NCBI GenBank assembly: GCA_002280405.1
Contig: NCDY01000003.1
Location: forward strand, 1-54,348
Length of the DNA stretch: 54,348 nt
Origin: Rhodobacterales bacterium 32-66-9
GTDB lineage: Bacteria > Pseudomonadota > Alphaproteobacteria > Rhodobacterales > Rhodobacteraceae
Reading direction: 5' to 3'
Position 1 is the stretch's first letter, and every line of letters starts with the position of its first letter. Positions 49,377 through 54,348 of the stretch are shown one piece after another. A program made the translations under genes and the position numbers. The notes below the pieces were generated by a model. That model was not told the origin of the DNA. It saw nothing but the letters and a program-made list of their open reading frames with translations, and ran no database searches.

Positions 49377-49528
49377 GCGCTTTTTATCCAGAATACTGAC
49401 CTGAGGATGCCCGGGGACCGCCAGGCTGACAAGCCGCCGGGTTGGAAACAGTCGGCTTCCGTTCTGGCGCTTAGCAAAGTCTTCAGACTTCGAGTCGATG
49501 CTGACCGGGAAGAACAAAGGAGGACCAA

Positions 49529-49708
49529 ATGGCCGCATCCCGCCTTACCCTCGCCGAAGAACTTGAAGGCATCCGCGCCGAAATCGACCGCCTGAAGCGG
49601 CGCGAAGCTTCGCTGCAGCGGCTTGCTGACGATATGCCGGTGATCCCGGTGTTCCGCCGGGGCTGGCCGATCCTGCGCAAGCCTGCGGCGACTTCGGTCA
49701 CCGCCTGA
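49529..49708 (+). CDS. Small hypothetical protein (59 aa), not in the ORF track
   Basis: AGGAGG RBS; MAASRLTLAEELEGIRAEIDRLKRREASLQRL...RRGWPI... Confidence 0.65.
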   Translation: MAASRLTLAEELEGIRAEIDRLKRREASLQRLADDMPVIPVFRRGWPILRKPAATSVTA

Positions 49709-49727
49709 CCCCGGGGTCGCGGGCGCC

Positions 49728-51083
49728 TCATCCTTCGATCAGCGCCCGCACCCGTGCCACGCCTTCGGCGACCAGGTCTGCATCGCCCCGCGCCTCGACG
49801 TTCAACCGAAGCAGGGGTTCGGTGTTGGAGGCCCGCAGGTTGAGCCGCCAATTTCCGAAATCCAGGCTCAGCCCGTCCGTGCGATCCGTCGACCGGGACC
49901 GACTGGCCAGCTCTGCCTCGACCCGCTGCACCACGGCCGGCAGGTTGGCCACACGGAAGTTGATCTCGCCCGACGACGGGAAGTCTTGACGCATCGCGCC
50001 AACCAGCTCGGTGAGGCTGGCGTTTGACTGCGACACGAGCTTGGCCACCATGAGCCAGGGGATCATGCCCGAATCACAGGACATGAAACCCCGGAAATAG
50101 TGATGCGCGCTCATTTCGCCGCCATAGAGCGCGCCTTCGCGCCGCATCGCAGCCTTGAGGAAGATATGTCCCGTGGGCGCAAGGACCGATCGTCCCCCGC
50201 CCCTGCGCACGGCATCCTCGACGGCCCAGATCACTCTCGGATCATGGACGATCGCCGCGCCCGGCGCAGTGGCCAGATGTGCGGCGGCCAAAAGCGCCAC
50301 GACATGTTCTCCGTCAACAAACCCGCCCTCGCCGTCGAACAGGAAACAGCGGTCGAAATCGCCATCGAAGGCCACGCCGATGTCGGCGCCCGCGGCGCGC
50401 ACCGCTTCGCCGGTTGCAGGCCGGTTCTCCGGCAAAAGCGGGTTCGGGATGCCGTTCGGGAAACTCCCGTCGGGCGCATGATGCATGCGCACCAGGTCAA
50501 GCCGCGCGCCTTGCGCCGCCAGCCCCTCGGCCAGCGCATCGAGCGTCGGCCCCGCGGCACCGTTCCCGCCGTTCATGACCAGCCGCAAAGGGCCGATCCC
50601 GGCCGCGCCCACCAGCCGGGCCACATGCGCCACATAGTCGCGACGCACGGTCGAGCGATCCTCGCGGCCGCCACCCGGCACCTTGTCCGGGTCGCAGGCC
50701 GCTTCGGTCAGCGCCCTGAGTCGCGCGAAGTCCGCGTCCGGCAGCGGCACTGCACCGCGCCCCACCAGCTTCATCCCGTTGTATTCGCGCGGATTGTGCG
50801 AGGCGGTGACACAAAGTCCGCCACCCGCCCCAAGCTGCGCGGTGGCAAAATACATCTCCTCGGTCCCGGCAAGGCCAAGGTCCAGCACCCGCACGCCCTG
50901 CGCGATCAGCCCGGCCGCCACAGCATCGGCGAGCGCGGGCGAGCTTTCCCGGCAGTCGCGCGCCAGCACCACGGCATCGGCTCCGGTGACGGTGGCAAAG
51001 GCCCGCGCGATGCGGTGGGCAACGGTCTCGGTCAGCTCCGTCCCGAGACGGCCGCGGATGTCATAGGTCTTGAACGCGCTCAT
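49728..51083 (-). CDS. manB: Phosphomannomutase/phosphoglucomutase (ManB/CpsG type)
   Basis: FKTYDIRG, TASHNP, FDGDFDR, GEMSAHHYF, RASNTEP. Confidence 0.92.
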   Translation of the reverse strand: MSAFKTYDIRGRLGTELTETVAHRIARAFATVTGADAVVLARDCRESSPALADAVAAGLIAQGVRVLDLGLAGTEEMYFATAQLGAGGGLCVTASHNPREYNGMKLVGRGAVPLPDADFARLRALTEAACDPDKVPGGGREDRSTVRRDYVAHVARLVGAAGIGPLRLVMNGGNGAAGPTLDALAEGLAAQGARLDLVRMHHAPDGSFPNGIPNPLLPENRPATGEAVRAAGADIGVAFDGDFDRCFLFDGEGGFVDGEHVVALLAAAHLATAPGAAIVHDPRVIWAVEDAVRRGGGRSVLAPTGHIFLKAAMRREGALYGGEMSAHHYFRGFMSCDSGMIPWLMVAKLVSQSNASLTELVGAMRQDFPSSGEINFRVANLPAVVQRVEAELASRSRSTDRTDGLSLDFGNWRLNLRASNTEPLLRLNVEARGDADLVAEGVARVRALIEG

Positions 51084-51096
51084 GGGCAAGAAAGGA

Positions 51097-51969
51097 TCAT
51101 CCCCGCGCGCCGTAGTAAAGTCCCACGACATGCTCGGCCTCGGCGAAGAACAGCCAGCGCGCGGCAAGTGTTCCCGCAAGATGCAGGACCGCGGCCAAGG
51201 CGATGCCCCAGAGCCCAAGCGGAAGCAGCAGGATCGCAGCCGGGGCCGCCGAAGCCAGCGCCAGTGCGATCCGGCGCAGTTTTGCTGCATGCTTGCGGCC
51301 GACGACGAAGATCATCTCGCGCTTGAGGTAGTTGCCCGCCGTATGCGCTGGGTCGAGGACGGACGGCAGCCCGAGCCGGGTCAGCCCGGTTGCCGTCCCC
51401 ATCGTCTGCCCGGCTTTCGCGAAAGCCTCGTCCCCGGTTTTCCAGCTGGCCAGCAGGATTGCCGCGACGGCCAACAGCAGGACCGGAGCCCAGACGCGAC
51501 CGGAAAGCGTCGCGCCCCCTGCCAAGGCGAAGGCCAGGAACATCACCGGGGTCAGCCAGTGATGCCAGCGCGGAACGGCCTTGATCTGGGCGTAGATCAT
51601 CGCCGTGGTGAAGACGGTGACGAGGGCGAGCGTCCCGCCGACCTGGCCGACAAGCCGCGGCAGGCCCAGCCCGAAGATGTCCGACAGCGCGACGGGCGCA
51701 AGAATTGCCAGCGTCGTGACCGAGGCCCAGGCCTCGCGGCTCAGCCAGCTGGTGCGCCACTGGGTGAAAGCCTTCAGCGCGTTCTTCGGGTTGCCCAGGT
51801 GAAAGGTTGCCGCCAGCAGGCCCGCCACCGCCAGTCCGTAGCCAAGGCCCCACAGCAGGAAAGCCGCCAGACCCTCGGGCTGCAGGGCTCCCCAGCCCAG
51901 AAAGGCAAGAAAGCCGAAGCCAAGGCCGGACAGCGCGGAAAACAGGATGACCGAAGGCGCGGGGTGCAT
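51097..51969 (-). CDS. soeC: DmsC-family membrane anchor (sulfite dehydrogenase SoeC-like)
   Basis: MHPAPSVI, FHLGNP, WRTSWLSRE, RWLFFAEAEH. Confidence 0.8.
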   Translation of the reverse strand: MHPAPSVILFSALSGLGFGFLAFLGWGALQPEGLAAFLLWGLGYGLAVAGLLAATFHLGNPKNALKAFTQWRTSWLSREAWASVTTLAILAPVALSDIFGLGLPRLVGQVGGTLALVTVFTTAMIYAQIKAVPRWHHWLTPVMFLAFALAGGATLSGRVWAPVLLLAVAAILLASWKTGDEAFAKAGQTMGTATGLTRLGLPSVLDPAHTAGNYLKREMIFVVGRKHAAKLRRIALALASAAPAAILLLPLGLWGIALAAVLHLAGTLAARWLFFAEAEHVVGLYYGARG

Positions 51970-52698
51970 TCAGACCTTCCCCAGCATCCTGTCAAGCCAG
52001 CCGGCGATTCCGGTGGCCTTCACATCGAGAAGCGGTGCCAGCGGGCTGGCGTCTCCAGGTCCCTTCTTGCGCGGCGGCAGATATTTGTTCGTGGGCCTGG
52101 TCCCCATCTCCGGCATCAGGTCATAGCCACCGCGGTCTGCCACCAGCTTCGATACCTTGCTTTCGGGGTCCGCAAGATCGCCGAAATGCCGCGCGTTTGT
52201 CGGGCAGGTGCGCACGCAGGCCGGTTCGCGGTCCGCCTCTGGCAGGGTCTCGTTGTAGATCCGGTCGACGCAGAGCGTGCATTTCTTCATCACGCCCTGC
52301 GCCGCATCCATCTCGCGCGCGCCGTAGGGGCAGGCCCAGGCGCACAAGCCGCAGCCGATGCAGGCATCCTCGTTCACCAGCACGATCCCGTCCTCGGCCC
52401 GCTTGTAGCTGGCCCCGGTCGGGCAGACGGTCACGCAGGGCGCGGTGTCGCAATGCAGGCAGGAGCGGGGAAAGTTCACCACCTGCGCCGGACCGTCGGG
52501 CACCGCGATCTGGTAGGAATGCACCCGGTTCAGAAACGTCCCCGCCGGGTCCGCGCCATAGGGATCCTGATCGGACAAGCCGATACCCGCATCGTTCCAG
52601 CCCTTGCAGGCGGTGACGCAGGCCTGACAACCGACGCAGGTGTCAAGGTCGATCACCAGGCCAAGGCGTTTTTCGGTGGGTCCCGGCAAGGCGGTCAT
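51970..52698 (-). CDS. soeB: 4Fe-4S dicluster subunit (SoeB/DmsB-like)
   Basis: CVGCQAC, CLHC..PCVTVCP, CIGCGLCAWACPY, KCTLC. Confidence 0.85.
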   Translation of the reverse strand: MTALPGPTEKRLGLVIDLDTCVGCQACVTACKGWNDAGIGLSDQDPYGADPAGTFLNRVHSYQIAVPDGPAQVVNFPRSCLHCDTAPCVTVCPTGASYKRAEDGIVLVNEDACIGCGLCAWACPYGAREMDAAQGVMKKCTLCVDRIYNETLPEADREPACVRTCPTNARHFGDLADPESKVSKLVADRGGYDLMPEMGTRPTNKYLPPRKKGPGDASPLAPLLDVKATGIAGWLDRMLGKV

Positions 52699-54348
52699 CG
52701 CTCGGCCTCCCCGCCCTGGACCAAAAGTTTTCGAAAACTTTTGGCAAAATTCTTCGAAGAATTTTGGCCCCGGCCGCCACCGGTGCGCGGCGGGTCGGGC
52801 AGGCGCTCGAACGCCGGCGCCACCGTCCCGCGCGGGTGATCCCCGGCCGCCACCCGCTCGACCCGGACGCGCTGGTCGAACCAGGCGGCCTGGCCGGTGA
52901 CAGGGTCCGAGTTCGACAAGCGCACTCCGTCGCGGTCGGGCAACAGTTCCGAGATCAGGTGGTTCAGCAGAAACCCCGTCGTCGCCTCCGGCGCATCCGC
53001 ATCCAGCGCCCAGGCCCCCTTGCGCTTGCCGATGGCGTTCCAGGTCCAGACCGTGTTCTGGTTCAGCGCGGCCATATGCGCCACCGGCACCGTGATCACC
53101 CCGGCGCGCGACGACACCCGCGCCCAGTCGCCCGTCGCAAACCCCTGCGCCTCCCAGATCTTCGTCGGCAGATAAAGAACGTTCGTCCCCCTGATCTGCC
53201 GCAGCCAGGCGTTCTGGCTGCCCCAGGAGTGATACATGTCCATCGGCCGCTGCGTCAGCGCATGGACCGGATAGCCGAAGGCCGCATCCGCGTCGCCATA
53301 GGGCGCATACCAGACCGGCAGCGGGTGCATCGCCTGTTTCAGGCGCGCGCGCAGATGGTCGGGGGGCTGGCGGGGTCCGAACCCCTCGGCGGCCAGCTGG
53401 AAGCGGCGCATCGGTTCGGACCAGATATTGAAAAGATAGGGCTGCGGGGTCTCGTAGAGGCCGAGCTTCACCGCCCAGTCCTGGTAGGCGGCGTTCCAGG
53501 GCTTGTAGAAGGCCGCCTCCTCCGGGACATGCGCCTGATGGAAGGCCCCGTTTTCGATGTAGCGCGCCATCTGGTCCGGGTTCGGCGCGCCCCGGCCCGT
53601 GGCCGTCCCGTCGCCGCGATAGCCCATCAGCGGACCGACGCCCGGGCGGCGCTGGTGGGTCACGATATAGTCGGCATAGTCCTTGAACTTCGGGCTGCCA
53701 TCCTCGGCCACCATCCCCGGCAGGCCGAGCCGCGCGCCAAGGTCCAGCAGGACCGACTGAAAGCAGCGCACCTCGCGGTCGGGCTCCAGCACCGGCCAGC
53801 GGATCGCATCGCCTGCGGCATCAGGTTCGCTGATGGGGCGGTCGAGAAGGCTGATGCAGTCGTGGCGTTCAAGGTAGGTGGTGTCGGGCAGGATCAGGTC
53901 GGCATAGGCCACCATCTCGCTGGCATAGGCATCGGAGTAGATGATGCGGGGAATGACGTATTCGCCATCCTTCTCCTCGGTCAGCATCTCCATCACGCGG
54001 GCCGAATTCATCGACGAATTCCACGCCATGTTCGCCATGTAGAGAAACAGCGTGTCGATCCGGTAGGGGTCGCCCGCATGGGCATTCGGGATCAGCATGT
54101 GCATCAGCCCATGCGCCGAGAACGGGTTCTCCCAGGAAAACGCCTTGTCGATCCGGGCCGGGCTGCCATCCGGCAAGAGGCAAAGGTCATCCGGCCCCCG
54201 GACATAGCCCAGGTGCGGACCGGTCAGCGGCTTGCCCGGCGTGGTCACGAAATGCGGGGTCGGATGCGCCTCGACGGGTTTCGGATAGGGCGGTTTCAGC
54301 CGGTAGCCGCCCGGGGTTTCGACCGCGCCGAGGAGGATCTGCAGCAGA
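52695..54348 (-). CDS. soeA: Molybdopterin oxidoreductase catalytic subunit (SoeA-like), 5' part outside the window
   Basis: YMANMAWNS, ADLILPDTTYLERHD, TQRP..MYHSWGSQN, WNAIGK, DPVTGQAAW. Confidence 0.85.
   Translation of the reverse strand, partial: LLQILLGAVETPGGYRLKPPYPKPVEAHPTPHFVTTPGKPLTGPHLGYVRGPDDLCLLPDGSPARIDKAFSWENPFSAHGLMHMLIPNAHAGDPYRIDTLFLYMANMAWNSSMNSARVMEMLTEEKDGEYVIPRIIYSDAYASEMVAYADLILPDTTYLERHDCISLLDRPISEPDAAGDAIRWPVLEPDREVRCFQSVLLDLGARLGLPGMVAEDGSPKFKDYADYIVTHQRRPGVGPLMGYRGDGTATGRGAPNPDQMARYIENGAFHQAHVPEEAAFYKPWNAAYQDWAVKLGLYETPQPYLFNIWSEPMRRFQLAAEGFGPRQPPDHLRARLKQAMHPLPVWYAPYGDADAAFGYPVHALTQRPMDMYHSWGSQNAWLRQIRGTNVLYLPTKIWEAQGFATGDWARVSSRAGVITVPVAHMAALNQNTVWTWNAIGKRKGAWALDADAPEATTGFLLNHLISELLPDRDGVRLSNSDPVTGQAAWFDQRVRVERVAAGDHPRGTVAPAFERLPDPPRTGGGRGQNSSKNFAKSFRKLLVQGGEAER
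52722..52766. repeat. Tandem pair of perfect 22-bp palindromes inside the soeA 3' end
   Basis: caaaagttttcgaaaacttttg-g-caaaattcttcgaagaattttg. Confidence 0.85.

Overview
GC-rich alphaproteobacterial chromosome segment, most consistent with Rhodobacteraceae (Rhodobacter/Tabrizicola-like) from gene content and order. Mostly housekeeping genes: bcp, M23 peptidase plus bactofilin, prfB, PBP1A, amiC, ispG, rodZ-like, hemA, two tRNA-Asp, an Opp-type ABC transporter with CocE/NonD and alkaline-phosphatase-family hydrolases, aroBK, xerD, tolC, pcm, phosphomannomutase and soeABC-like. The most unusual element is a ~6 kb accessory cluster at 27.8-33.75 kb: a BTAD/SARP-TPR regulator, a divergently encoded 126-aa protein with a nitrile-hydratase-leader-like segment ending YFMRKCR, a stand-alone YcaO protein, an animal-type heme peroxidase and a lipoprotein. 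I read it as a candidate uncharacterised RiPP/protein-modification system. Other signals: a PopZ-like protein at the pcm-tolC locus; a double-palindrome repeat family with compensatory changes, one copy inside a CDS; an in-frame hairpin insert in the CocE gene; a symmetric EcfG-type promoter; FnrL-like and BetI-like boxes. Two genes have internal losses that suggest assembly errors: PBP1A, with a formate-dehydrogenase-like fragment spliced in, and an MsbA-like exporter. All calls come from reading motifs; no searches were run.
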